From positions 5,612,485 to 5,676,484 of the forward strand of contig NC_134027.1 of the NCBI RefSeq assembly GCF_964204645.1: a stretch of DNA of 64,000 nucleotides. Reading direction: 5' to 3'. Made by a program: the position numbers and the translations under genes. Position 1 is the first letter of the stretch. Every line of letters begins with the position of its first letter. The notes below the pieces were generated by a model that did not search any database, was not told where the DNA came from, and worked only from the letters and a program-made list of their open reading frames with translations. Shown in pieces: positions 22,801 to 37,800 of this stretch. Source of the DNA: Tubulanus polymorphus. Taxonomy: Eukaryota; Animalia; Nemertea.

Positions 22801-25800
22801 ATGATTGAATTGGTATCAGCACTACTAGGCTATGTAATCAAACTCTCATTCTATTCCATGATAGAAATACAAACAACCGTACAGAGTGACAATTTCCATA
22901 ACTGATTAATTAGTCTATGGCCATCTTTTTCAAAACTATAAATTATTTGCTCGCCGAGTTTGTTTTTCTATGCACATAAGCCGGTTGCATTCATGAACAA
23001 ATTATTAGAAATGACAACTTATTAATCATTTAACTGAATAAATACAGAGTAAAATTGATCAGTATAAAATCTATATTTCATCACATTCAGTATGTACCAG
23101 CTGTATGAGATAAGCATTCTCTGAAAATCTAATCGGCCGAAGAATCATTTTCGAACTCCCTATAGTGTCGTGTTTATCAACATAAGATTGGATTGCGCAG
23201 TATGAACAGTATACCCAGGGGCCAACAATCAAAGAATGATGACTTACTCAACAGATCGTAATTTAGCTTCCAGTTCAACTCTGTGTTGTTCTAAAGTTGA
23301 TCTCGTGTGCGAAAGATCATCGACTTTCCTGAAATAAAAATCACAAATAAGTGAAGTTAACAAGAAAGTTTACAAAATTCAAAATACCGCAATAATTCAT
23401 ATTTACCTGAGTAAATCAGTTCTCTCTCGTTCTAAACCTTTTTTCTGTTGTTCCAGTGACATTTTTAGACTTCTTTCGCGCTCGAATTGACGTTTTTGTT
23501 CGCGTATCTGGTCTTGTGTTCGAGGTGTAGCTATACCAGATGCATCTAGAAAATGTCATCAAATATCTGTTCAAATATGCCGAAACAGAAGAAATCTACA
23601 TAAATTTGCTTAGTGTTGTTACCCAACATAACTTAAACCTGAAGAAAATGAGGGTCCTATCAATATCTAATTTAATCTAGCAATGGCCATAGAACTGATG
23701 ACCACAACAGATGTTCTACGTAATTCTGCAATATTGGCATTCTGATGGCCTGACACCAATTTACAAGGCAAACAAAGAACCTGAACAAAACATTTAAGAT
23801 ACCCGGTAGTAGTAATTTCTTTTTGTAAACCTACCATGTGACATACTCATATCCGGAGTTTGCATTTGGGGAGTGGTTGTTTGCAGTTTTAGTTGTAATG
23901 AGTCTTCATTATCAGTATCAGTGTAAGAAAGTCCATCGTCACCATTCACAGCACTGCTTACATTATTCGTATGCTGCAGCAATGGTGAAGTACTGCCCAA
24001 AACGCCATGTACATAGGAGCCCAATGGGGAAGTGAGATCCCGACTAAGAAAAAAAAAGGTGGACAGCACGGATAAGAAAAAAATTAATGCCATTGAAATC
24101 AAGTAGCTTATTTTCCTTAATACCTGTTATTCACAATTTTTTCAAGTTCAGAATCCATGAAATTGCCATGATATGAACTGATATTCATCTATAGCAACCA
24201 GTAACATAGGAGAAACTAAGGACTCCAGTTGTTAGGGAGAATTATGGGATAGCATTGAGCCGCTATGGATACAGAGATGCTCTTCTCTTTCATGGGCTGG
24301 ATTCTGTAGTCACGGCTTAGACTTAAACCCAGTCAAAAACAATCTTATTTCTAGAGCAAATCTAACAACTAAAGACCAGTCTTAAGGTTGAAGACCACTT
24401 TTAGATTTAAGTCTCAACTATGGATCTGGCTCTGGATCTGGCTCCAGAGAATGGGAATTTGCTGGATACAAACTTGTGGAAACTTACTTTTTCTCAAGAA
24501 TATCTCTTGGCGAGTCTGGTACAACATCGCTTGTATAGGTGTCATCATCATCATCGAGACTGAAATTATAATCAAAACTTCCATCTTTCGTCAAGTGTTT
24601 CTTATATTTAGCTTCCTCCATTTCACGTTCCGCCTTCTCCCGTCGAGCTCGTAGCTGCCTGGAACGTTCATCTTGACTAACGTTGAGATGCGCATTTGCA
24701 GCTTCCCTGAAAATATCAAAATTTCGTAGAATCAATAAAGGAACCATTCAAAATCCTTTCAATCTAAAACCAGACACTGTATACCTATTAACGTTGTGTA
24801 TTCTGTTTATTGTTTTTATCCATAAATTCATTGTTTTGATAACTGGCACACACTAGCTTGTATTAAAATAGAAATCCTAGCACTAACGCGCATACATATG
24901 ATAACTAAAAGCATGTGTAAATTTGTGTCCAATGACTTAAACATATGCGATGTATCATGTATGAAGAATATCAAATTTCAAGGTTGTTTTAGATGAAAAT
25001 TCAAACGATACTACAATTCACAAAAGAACAAAATTATTCTAAGAGATTGAGCGCGACAAGATTGAAACACAAATCGATTATATTTTGTGAATCACATTTG
25101 ATGAGATGGTTTTTTAACCCTGATATCCTATACTGATTTGCCAAAAACTTTCGATAATAAACCATATAATCAGTAACCTTATAAACAAGTAAAAACCCAG
25201 AGCAGATATTGAAAAGTTTATCATCTGACAGTTTCGGGTTTACTTTTAAACCCCATCATCCGAGAAAACCATCTCATGATTTCTCTGATGAAAGGGTTTA
25301 GAAGAAGTAAACCCAAAACGGTTAGATAATAAACTTTTCAATATCTACTCTGGGTGTTTACTTGTTAACTCCAAACTGAGATTAATATCAGTCTACCAGT
25401 AACCTTATAAACTATACAGTTCAATGAGGTGAAGACTTACCCATTCTTTTCACTATCATCATGGACATATCCGGGTATTGTACGGTTTAAATAATGAAGT
25501 TTGAATTCTTCGAATGATTTCACTAATAAATCGATATAGGTCGGTTTTACCATTATAGCATGAACCAATAACTGACTGATGCAACATTTCAAGTCTAATG
25601 CGTTGTAATATTGTTGTTGTCTTATTTCATGAATGAAAATGTAAGATATCGTAGAAAACGCGAAAAATAGGACCACCTGTGCTCAGATCGTACTGTAAAT
25701 CGATATATATCATAAAAGACCTAAAACCAATAAGACACAACACAGATGTTTTGGATGACACTCCTACATATATCTTCAATGCATATAACAGCCCTTGACA

Positions 25801-28800
25801 TGATAGAAAAAATCATCACCGCCAGGATTCATAAAAATAAGCCATTTGAAACGGTGACAGTAATTCATAACTGGGACAACCATATTTTCAGTTTCAATAT
25901 AATGACATATCTCTGAATAAATTACATAGGCCTATTTAGGAATTATGTGAAACCTACATTTACCTCTAAGCGGGATTTTAGTGGGTTTGGGTAAAACAGT
26001 TCGTGCACAGATTTCAATGAAGCCGAATGGTGAAAATCTGTTGGATTGATATTTAGGTAATATGATATACTATAGAGACATGGGGAAGAATAGATAGATA
26101 ACACATGTATGAGCAAAACCGCGGACGCATTAACAAGTATTAATTCCAGGTCCTGAACTTTTAAATAATACATTCGTATGTCGCAGACGGTTTTATTGAT
26201 ATTGAGTCAAAAGTTCAGGTAAATTGAATCATGCAAACTTTTATCATAACATCAAAACGAATAATGCTGGTTGATATCGGTGAATAAAGCCTATGTTGTT
26301 TTATATATTGATCTGACTAAAATCTAACCAACCCAAAGAGTCAGAGATTTCAACCAAAACTATTCATGACGATTGATTTTCTTTTACTTTTTACATGATT
26401 ATGTGGTAGCCCTATGATAAGCTCTGAATCATTTCAAATACAATAACGAATGCACTAATAGACTTTCAATCAAATAAGTTAGTCGATTCGAATATTCATT
26501 ATTGTTACCTCTTTGTCCATAACTGAAACGAACTTGGACTTCGTCTTGGACTTAAACTAGGATAAATCCTTGGTGATTCCTTCATAATTAGAAATCAGTT
26601 TTGAAAGCCAGATTGGGCGATCTACCCTCGGACTCCTTGATCTACCTGACCACTGCCAATGATCTGAATGTTAGTAACCAAACTAATGAATTTTACATAA
26701 GCCACAAATTTGAATATCTCGCCAACAAATGAACATGCACAGTCCGAGTTGGTATTTCATCGCCTTATATAACCGGCAATAAATCTGAATTCCATTTATG
26801 AGTAAACTTTACGATATAACTGTTTTTTCCTCCCGATGGGAGGCACTTAAGACACTTAAGGTCTAGCACGCGTCATGCCCGAAACAGTAATAAGGACATT
26901 AATGCAAAAAGAATATACTCAAATATTCAACTAAAGATATCCTGAGATATCACTTATGATACTTTCCCCTTATGTTTGACCAGTACAAATTCAATCGGTA
27001 GCACTTTTAACGATTAAAATGAATCAACTATTTAATGGTCTGTTAATTTCATGGCGGGCGAATTTAATAGCTTTTAACTATCATAATCAATGGTGCTTTG
27101 CTTCTCCACAATTACATGTTTTGAGTTTGTCTTTCAATTGCGTTTCCATTAAAACATCTTACACACACCAGTAATTGCAATGGTGGATAATACAATTTAT
27201 ATTGCTCTTCAAACTGAGTTTTATTGCAGTAAAACTAAACCTGAACAGAAATGTAACTGCGATCAAACTGTCACGACAGTTCTGATCTTAAACACCCTAC
27301 CAGGCTTAACTTCCCGGGAGTTACTCGATGTCCATAGACCTGTCACAATACTTTATCCATAAAATCTACTCACTTTGATGTTGGTGTGTTTGGCGTCGAA
27401 CCAGAATCAAACTCGTATCCCATTTCGTTGAATGAATCACCACCAAAACTTGTGACTTGTATTGACGGCGCCTCATTTTTCTGGAAAGACTACAAAACAT
27501 AGACGAAAAGTCATCACACCAAGTAAAAAGTATCATTTTGACTACAAGGTTATTCTGGTATCTAGGCCAACTAAACTAATTGAAAAATTGAAATTATCTT
27601 TTCTTCAATAAACCAGCAGATGCCTTAAAACTGTGAAAAATATCTTAATTGGCATTGGCCTATGATCGATAAATCCTATATTATTTGCAAGGCGAAATCA
27701 ATAACTAATGTATGCTTTAGAAACTATAAAAAAATTAATAAACAGTTGACTGCATGCTACATATAGTCAGCATACGCAATCAAATTGAACATGAAGAGTA
27801 AAGGGACATATATATTACATACCACACATATTTTCAAGCCCGACAAACTAATCCACTTTCAGATTTTTAAGAATCCAAACTGATAACCCTTTACCCCTAG
27901 AGATGGGACTAACCAATCACTCACTTATAACTACACTGTGCTATATTCAAAACAGCACAGATGTGTTTTACAGGATTGAGTATTGATTAATTAACTATTA
28001 ATATCTAGAGAATAATTAGTTTGCGTAAACTGGTGAATTATTAATTGGAGTTTTGATTAAACTTTTCCGCACGCATTTCAGTATGCTGATCGTAGGCATC
28101 CAAAAGCAGTGACATAAACCTCAGCAGATTGGTGATCAATCAAATTCTCAATTATCTTCATCAAATATCTATCATTTGAAAAGTCGCTACGTAAAGATTC
28201 CTGCTTTCAAATAGGATAATTTGTAAAACCCGAGAGACCATCCTTCTCACTACTTAACGCATGCAATTCCAAAAGAAACAATATCAATACGCAAGTAACC
28301 ATCACCACAGCAAGAAAAATAAATCCCCAAAGCCCAACCATGCATCAGGGTCCAATTCCCTCAGCCAAATCAAAACGTCTTCTTCAACTCAACGTTCTGG
28401 CATTGAGTGAGTGAGGAGCTACGAAAGTTACAAAGCCATCAAAAAGTTGCAAAAAAAGATTCACATCATCAACAACTAAATATAATATCAAGTCATAGAA
28501 CCTGTTTTTAATATTTCTTTGAAGAAAGAAAGCCCCATATCCTCTAGAGAGAATGGATAATATTAAAAAAAACAAAATCGACCATGATGCAAACACATTA
28601 CCTTGTCCTTACTACGGAATTTTTGTAGAGCGTTAAACATTTTCCTAATTTATGGTATGAGGCCTGTATGGAAAATGAACTTTTTTTAAATTTTCAATTG
28701 CGGACAAGGTTTGGGTATGCAAAAAAAAACCTTTGAAAGAACCTTAATACACAAAATGACGCCGCAATAACAAAGATCTCTTGGACCACTTTTTGTATAT

Positions 28801-31800
28801 TGAGCATCGCATCATGCATACACAGTGTAACCAGTCCACTAGAAAACCTAACACCAGGATTCACATCATCCGCCTAGTTATACATCAAATGCTAACTCTT
28901 TTACTTCTGTTATCCATATCTCGAGTTAACGTTTAATTAACAACCAAGCAACGCTCCCTGCCTCAGCCGCAGATAACACATCGAAATTACCTTTCGCCAC
29001 TTTCTTTGAATAGACGACAATACGAGATTCATCTTTCAATTATTCGATTGAAAACCGCAGCAGTTATTCACTAAACCGATTCTATTCGTAGAGATCGTTG
29101 CGACTGAAATTCATCGTGATTGAACCGTGTTTTCTGATACTGAATTAAAACTCGTCGCAGTTTGAAACATGCGTCGTCGTCGTAAACCTCGGCGCGGATG
29201 ATAATAAAAACTGATCGTTCGACTTCAATAAATTGTCGTTCAATAACATCTGCATCGGATGTGTTGTGGGCTGTACTGAGATCTAGATCAGCTGGACGCA
29301 ACCTCAGAACTGAGTCCAGGCATTGACAATTTACAAATCCTTCCAGATCACAGAGAATCAATGACGTTTTGTGTTGAATTACCGCCACACTGAAGCCGAG
29401 GACTTAGCACGAATTCCAGATGTAGTGATCAGTGTTACAACAGGCTTTCTGTTTACAGGAGTCAGTCAGCTGCTCAACTATTCTTATGCAAATGAATAGT
29501 CAGTAACAGGTGATTGAGATTAGTCCAAGCATGGTTGGAATATATTACTAAAGATCTGATGTGACGTCATTTGAAAATAACATATTGATCATCGCATAAC
29601 AAGGCGCCCTCCCGTGTTCTTTGACAATAATACGCATCATATCTGTCATTTAATCGTAATATGAATGACAAAAAGCTACTGAATTGAACGTTTACAAAAG
29701 GTACAGGTCCCATTCAAGTCTACGCTCTCATTTATCAGAGACAATCAAAAGGTAAATATCTTGGCTCCGGGTAAAAATCATATGCGCTACAATGAATATT
29801 CAAAATCCTTCTTGAGAAAAATGTTTTGTTAATAACAATCTCTACTGCAATAATTGAACATCATTAGCTCAGATAACTAATCAGATAATCATCTGATATC
29901 AGATAATCATCTTCGTTGACGTGAATGAAGCTTGATGCAATAACTCACCAGATCGTTATCAGGTTTATCTATTTTACTCTTGATCGGCGAATGTCCGTTC
30001 ACAATCACTTCACCATTATTTCCATTCAGAATTTTTTCTTCTTTTTCTTTCTAATATTGAAAAAAAATGTGAGATAGAAATAGACATGTAAAGTGTAGGA
30101 GTTTATATTTCAAGAAATCCGAAATCCAATCATGGATCAATTAGATTCCCTGACGCGAGAGACTAGCAGATTACGGGAACGATTTTTAAATGTGAATGAT
30201 CTAAACTCATTGTTTTTACCTCTAATTCTTCAGCCGCTTCTTTTTTCAGCGCTTCACGTTTAGCAGCCTGTTCCAATTCCCACTGGTGTTGACGTTCGTC
30301 AAGCTCCTTTTTCTGGAAAAATAAAGGTGCTCGGTACAAGAATTTCAATCATCTATCAGCCCAATCTATAATCAGTTTAACTATACGCATATTATAATAT
30401 ACAGTATTAGTGACACAGAAGGTAATGTAGATCGGGAATCAATAGACAGAACCATACAAAACAACTGCCTACCACTTCAATTTTATGAAATAATATATAA
30501 TATTGATGAAGATAGATGAGAATATACAGTCCAAATATGAGATTAATCAAAAATACATATGTATTTTTGGATTAATGAAGTTATCAAATGTAATATGAAT
30601 TAACTGATTTGATTAGAATATAGTCCAAAATGATATCTGAAAGAGAATAAATCATTAACCTATAATCTAATTCCAGCTTCCGGAAAAACATGCAGAACCA
30701 TTTCATAACATATGTACGAAGTTGCAAGTGTTCAATTGCTGGATAAATGGTCAGTAATACCAATACATCTGACAGTCACCCGTGCAACAGCTGCTTGTGA
30801 AATAACCAACCAGCATTAATTTTGTACGACATTTTTCCAATTTTCAATTAGCCAACCCTGATTAAACAACTCTAGCCACAGCGGTTTTCAGCACCTGGAA
30901 TGCCTGCACATTGTGAATGAATCCATAATGTGTGAAACATTATTTGAATATCATTTTTGCACTAAAATGGCAATTTCAACGCAATTTTGATTTACATTAA
31001 TATGCAAAATTCAGACATACGTATCATTAGTACCAAGTAAGGATCTATCAAAAAGTTTTCTATGTGGTTGCTACATACAAGTCCTTTATGCATGGGATCC
31101 AAAAAATTTTGCCTAGGAGAATAATACGGAAGTGTTATAAGTCGTCTTAATAAATACTTCATTACAACTATTTGTGATTTTGGATTGTCTAAGTATTACT
31201 CACCCTTTTACGTTCTAATTCCCATTCGCTGACTTGTTCTGATTCAGTTTCTGTATCATCAGCAGGCCCAGCAGTCGTAACTACAGTTGGGTGATCTGTT
31301 TTTGATGGAGTAGTCGCGACGCCATCCTTAACACATAAACACATCCAACGAATAAATTTCAGTTTAACGAGATAAGAACTGATCATTATGATTTACTCTT
31401 AAAATTCCATCGCAGTAGATGTATTCAAACATTGTCAATATGCTATTCAAATAGGAATAGAATATTGCTTAATTTTTACCAGATGATGCCACGATAACAT
31501 ATTGAATAATTTGCCCTATTACAAACAGGACGCTAAGTCTAAATTTACAACACATGCCACTTTTAAGTTGCAAAGATTAATTGACCAGAATTGATCAGTT
31601 TTCGCAAAGTACATTCCTATTATAATAATCTTACCTCTTCATCCCATGGTGAATCTGCAAAGAAGAAAAAATCTTTTTTGAAAACCTGGCATTAGAAGGA
31701 AAGGTTTGCAAAAGGTTACCGGTATATTTTGGTGCATTTACCTTCATCATTTATAGTATCCTTTTTATGAAGAAGGGGATGAGCTTTCTGAGTGGTTTGA

Positions 31801-34800
31801 ATATCTTCTGTTACGGAATCCCAATCACTGACAATTGACTGAAACAATTAGAAAACAAATCGGTAAAATATCTGACCTATCATACAAATTGAAGTTTCTT
31901 TCAAAGTGAAAAGCGATCTTTTAAAAAATATTTCAGTTCAAGGACGCAATGAACAACAATCTTAGAACATAGAACATAGAAACAAGATAAACAAAATGAA
32001 GCTAAAGCATTACAAATTCCACCATTTAGCAGCCATCCACTTTAAAAAGGAAACAACTAAGTCATTTGTTGAAAAGCTATGTCATAACCTAACCAGACTA
32101 TTCTTTCACATTAAAGTACCGGCAGCTAATAAAATGAACCAAATGAAAAGTTAGTCAAGCACTTTTATAGGTTTCTCTTAGTTTCATCCGGAACTAAATT
32201 TTGAAGAGCTTTATATTCTTAAAAAAAGAGGGAACCAGAGGAAAAATTAAATATGAGGCTATTGATTGGAATATATATAATATGACAGCATAATGACGAT
32301 ATATATTGTATATTAGTAGCCATCTTGTTTGTTTTAGAAACTTGGATTCCAAAGTTTGAAGATAGATATGTTTCTAAAATAAAACAGATAGAGGCCATTG
32401 TTTATTCAATACGTAGGTCACCTCTGCATGTATATCATTAATTGGTTCACTAAAGCTGTCCTCAAAATCATCGGAATAATCCTAAAGAAAGAATCATAAT
32501 CTGTTAATGGATAAATGTATTTCTCATTGCAGTTTAAGAGCTAAGCGATTTTAATGGATTTTAACACTAATACCAAGTATGTCTGTAACATAAAAATCTC
32601 AGGTCAGTCTAAAAGGGCAATGAGGTCAAAAATTATTGAATCATTTTGATAGTTATACAATCAATAAGCAACAATTCATCAAAAAGCAGGCCAAAAAGTG
32701 CACTTTCAGGCTGGTGACTGAGGCAACATCTGGGTACTATTGAAAATTGTAACCAATCCGGTGATTTTATGTACAGATAAATTACACTTGAACTTCACAA
32801 ATGTTATTAGCATTCAATAATTCTGTCCTAGAGGAAACCCGAATAACTCAGCTGCTGTATTTGATTGTGGTTCAATGCCTGTAGTATTTGAATCTGACAG
32901 CATTTTTCCAAGTACTGGGTCAAGGTCTTCATTTCTTTGCATGATCATACAAATGATCAACTATCATAGCGATGCAAGATGATGTTAGACATATCTTACA
33001 CAGATTATCCAAAATGATGATTAACATAAATTAAGTTTTTAGAAGGCATGATTTCAGACTGATTTTTATCAATTATCTAATTAGGATTTTATGAAAAAGT
33101 GAATGTATAAACCAGAGAACATCTAGTTGGGGTGACAGAGGAAAAGTGAATCTCGGATAAGTGAATGGTATCAGATAAAGAGAAACACATTCGATTGAAA
33201 CAGAAAATCAGAAAATATAAAGTACGAATGTGATGACATCGAATGTGAAGATGGACAAATGTGATGATGATATTGACACACATACACATGGTGTATCGTG
33301 GTACCTTTCTCGTTGTGGAACAGTAACTTTCCTCAGGTATAGGAGAAAGTGGACAAGAGTCATCATCACTCCCTCCAAGTACTACGTACTATAAATATAT
33401 ACATACTTCAAATTGGGTCATCTGCTAGAAGCCAGGGAAAGAATTGCTCTTTATATCTTTATTTTTGTACGCTAGCTGAATTTCTAAATGAATTATCGGT
33501 AAATTGAATGAATCAATTTCATTGCGAGTGTTTTGAAATCTTACTAACAATAACTTACTTATGTACAACATTTAAGGTAATATATCAACGTGCAGTTTGA
33601 TGCAAATAAAAACATGGAGATTAGAGAATGCCTAACCTCTTTGGCAGGAGTTATTATTTGTGGTGGAGGCTCTGTACTGTTCCCATCATTATCCTTTTCC
33701 TAAATCAAGATTTTGGTATTCTTTAACAAGAGTAAGATTGATCAAGTGTCATGAAAAATACTCTCAAACCAGGCAATATTTCATAAAGTTTGTTCTCAAA
33801 AATACACCAAACAAAATACTGGTGCACCTTAAAAACTGCCTATCACCCGACACACACATTCTTGCATGTTGTACTCACCTCTCGCTTATCTTGAGGAATT
33901 TTTGGTTCATTCGACACTCTTCTTGGGGTTGAATCCCAATCACTACCGGATGACTGTAAGTAAAACATTTAGAAACGGTATAAACTGTAATCAAATTTCA
34001 TTTTCAAATTCTTCTTTTTATAGATCATTTTATATCATGAAATGTTACTATCAAATATCAGTGTAAAGTGAACAACCAAAAAAAAAACAACAGAAAGAAA
34101 AAACCATTTCAGATCAGAAATATGGATTGAAAGTGTAATTCATTTATATTAAGACAATCACACAAAAATGTCATAAGTGTTTACACACTACTGTTAGTCA
34201 TCCTCAATGCAATGTGCAGCCAGCATAGGTGATACCATTTACCATTGTTAGAAATATATTTTCAGTGCCACTCATTTATACCTTCAGAGTGGAATGATGT
34301 GCCATTTTCTGGACAGATTCCTCATCTTCATCCACAGAATCCCAATCATCGGTCTTTTCACCATTTGTCTGGATATTTTCATGAGATATATTCGTTTCAT
34401 AGGCTACTTTCTCAGCTTTTGACGTAGCTAAAGACTGTTGCATTGCGGCACGCATTTTTGACAATGCTGCCTGTTTCTGGACATCCTGATTCATGCTCTC
34501 CTCAGCAGTAAAACCGTTTACATATATTTGGGTAGGTTTTGAAGATATAGCGGACATGTTATCAATGCCAGACTTGGAAGCAGCAGCTCTCAACGTCATT
34601 GCCTTTTTCATTGCCTCCTGCCTTTGCTTCATTATCTGTGTAGTACTTTCATCATCAGCATTATCATCGTCATCTTCACTGTCATACTCATACTCTTTCT
34701 CGTCTAAGGTTAAAGATTTCTTCAGTGTCACTTGTTTCAGCAGCAACTTCTTGCAGTAGTTACATTTACAAGTGCAATTGAACACGGCTCCACGATCGAT

Positions 34801-37800
34801 TGCAACTTTCATCACTTTCTCAACCAATTCCATCCTCATCATTTCTTCTTTATCATCTTCATCATCATTTTCTCCATTATCAACACCGAGGAACATGAGT
34901 TTTTTAGCAGTATTTCCCGTCGATTTGTTCAATTCATGCAAAAACGTATCACAATCTCCACAATTGCAATTACAAATGTAGTCGGTTTTCTCGAGCTTAA
35001 ACTCATTAGCATCATTTTCTGTATGGATGTCTACACTGTCCTGTTAGGAGAAGTAATAATATATGTGTTTTAAGATAAGGTATACATGTACATGCATTCA
35101 ACATTAACGTGCAAACAGAATAAAAGAATAAAACACAACAAACAAAATGGTAGTGAACAAAATATCTTTATTTACAAAGTGGTCACAAACAAGTAAAATA
35201 ATCTGGACAACATTGAAGTGATGAAAACAAACATGCATCTACACAGTTTTCTATCATTTGACCAACCTCAACTGTAGCCCTTTCCAATTTGCCATTTTCT
35301 TCTGAATTGCTAACATTATCACCATGATAGGATGAAGTTTCAGCTTTCTCGACTGTACACTGTTGTTCCGTAAAACTAATGCATTCAAGATCATCAAATT
35401 CGTCTTCCATGATATCAGACTGTTGGCAAGCATTGTGTTCACTACCGGTAATCCATATCTTTAGATCCTCTTGGTTCTCATTCTCATGCATATATTTACC
35501 GAGACTAACAGAAGATGAACTGGACAAAATTGATTCTTTGAAGTCTTCAGCAGGTTCATTCATGCATATTATCTGATTTGAAGGTTGATGTTCAGAACTA
35601 TCCTCTATTGGGAATGCACTATGGAGCGTCAAAAGCTGCAGATCTTCCATTTCCTCGGAAATGTTGTAATCTGGAGGAAGCAACTGTCTCAGTAGTTCAG
35701 CTGGTGTAGCAGGGGACTGTTTCTGTGAGTCAGTATCGACTGGTGGAACGAACCGTCTTGTTAAATCAGTATCACCTGGCTCAACTGGTGAACTGAGTTG
35801 AAATGATGAGTCAATATTGCTTTGCTCAAATATTACCGGTACTGGTTCAGACGTTGAAGGGGTTCTTCTTGGTGAATCAGTAATGACTGGCTCAGCCGAT
35901 ACAGGGGTCAGCCTAGGTGAATCAGTAGTAATGATGGGCTCAGCCGATACAGGGGATACAGGGGTCAGCCTAAGTGAATCAGTAATGACTGGCTCGGCTG
36001 ATACAGGGGTCAGCCTAGGTGAATCAGTAATGACGGGCTCAACCGATACAGGGGTCAGCCTAAGTGACTCAGTAATGACTGGCTCAGCCAATACAGGGGT
36101 CAGCCTAGGTGAATTGGTAATGAATGGTTCAGCCAATATAGGGGTCTGGCTGGGTGACTCAGAAATGACTGGCTCAGCCGATACAGGGGTCAGCCTAGGT
36201 GAATCGGTAATGACTGGCTCGGCTGATACAGGGGTCAGCCTAGGTAAATCGGTAATGACTGGCCCAACTCTTCCTGGTTCAGTTGGCAAAGGGGATTGGA
36301 TCAGTGAGTCAGTGTTTTCTGGCTCAGCTGTTTGTGGGACATCTAATACAGCCAACTGACTGTCCACGGTGTGAGAAGTTTGGTCTGCATTGCACACCGA
36401 ATCCCAGGGTGCAATAGTTTTAGAAATATCTGACTTCACTTCCAGGCTATCAGTATTTTCTTTCTTCATAGGATGGTTCTGTTCTGATTGCGAGTCAAAG
36501 CTATTTTTTCCTTCATCGACCATATTCTCTCTAGCTCGTACAAAACTATCAGATGAGGAGTGATCCCATCCAGTTTGAGCCTTCAATAAATTATATATGC
36601 ATATCCTCATTTTCACATCTGGGACTTAACTACATAATCATCAAAACGAATAATGCATACTATAATATCATAAGCGCTAACATGGTCACGGTAAAAAGCA
36701 GATTGTCTCAACATGACATGAAATTGAAGCAACACTGATCAGCTTGAGTCATTAAATTTAAAACAGCCTGAGCAAAAACGGTTTATATCAAAAGCAGCTA
36801 TATCAGAATACTCTAAATGGTATATAATGCACTGTATATATCAAGCTAATGATGTCAGATTACCGTACTCACTTTAGTGGGCTCTTCAACTAATGCCTCA
36901 CCAATCTTTGGCTTCACAGACACATGACCTCTTGGAGTTCTAGGAGTTGTGTCATCATTGGTACTGTCCCAATCATCATCAATCTACATAAATCAAACAG
37001 CTAATTACGTTTACCAGGAATTAAAATCAATCTTCTTTTTCCATGAAAGGCTTATCAAAATTTACCATTTTTGGTCCACGGGGAGTATAAGGAAGCGATT
37101 CACCATCAGCCTGAGTAGTATCCCAGTCACTACCACCTTTGCGAGGAGACACCTCACTTGTTTCGGGGTCACTTACATCTTCTACATCACTCAATCCTAA
37201 CTCTTCCAAAACAGCTACAACAAATAAAAGAAAATTAAATAAAAGATATTTAAGTTATAGGATAAAGACATTCATTCGGAATGAATTACAGTACAAGCCC
37301 AAACAGCCAAGGTTTCCTGTTAAAGTAGACATTTCATTCTAGCAAGCATTTCAATACCTTTTCTTTTAGCTTTTTCCTCTTCTGATACCTGTTTTTCTTT
37401 GGCAGCCGCAGAGGTTGAGTCACTGTTCAGTATTTTAGAATCCTAGAAAGTTGAATTTTACTCTTAGGAAATGACCAAACTGTGGACTACCGGTAACTAT
37501 AAGACGTTCAAACAGCAGTATTAGCAGAGAAAAATAAGTTAAGCATTTCAAAATTGAAGACTTACACTAGGTTGTTTTGATTTAATGTTTAGAGAAAGAT
37601 CTAAAATAGGCAAATCTGTTTCATCTTCACTCTACAGGAAACAAGATGAGTTAAAAATGTATGTGCAGTGCATTGAGTTGTTATGCGAAAAAGTAGCGAA
37701 TTGGATAACAGTTCAAAGACAGATGCTAACTAAGGAGTAAGCATTTTCTGGAACTCAGCAATTACTGGTATTTGTTAAATCATGGCAAAAGATCAGATAG

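Noticed and set aside
28384-28596. Hydrophobic 70-aa ORF
   Set aside because: Non-ATG start inside a splice-donor context; T-rich intron composition explains the hydrophobicity
35817-36359. 180-aa + strand ORF (GESVMTGSADTGVSL repeats)
   Set aside because: Antisense shadow of the 45-bp coding repeat in the ANKRD26 exon
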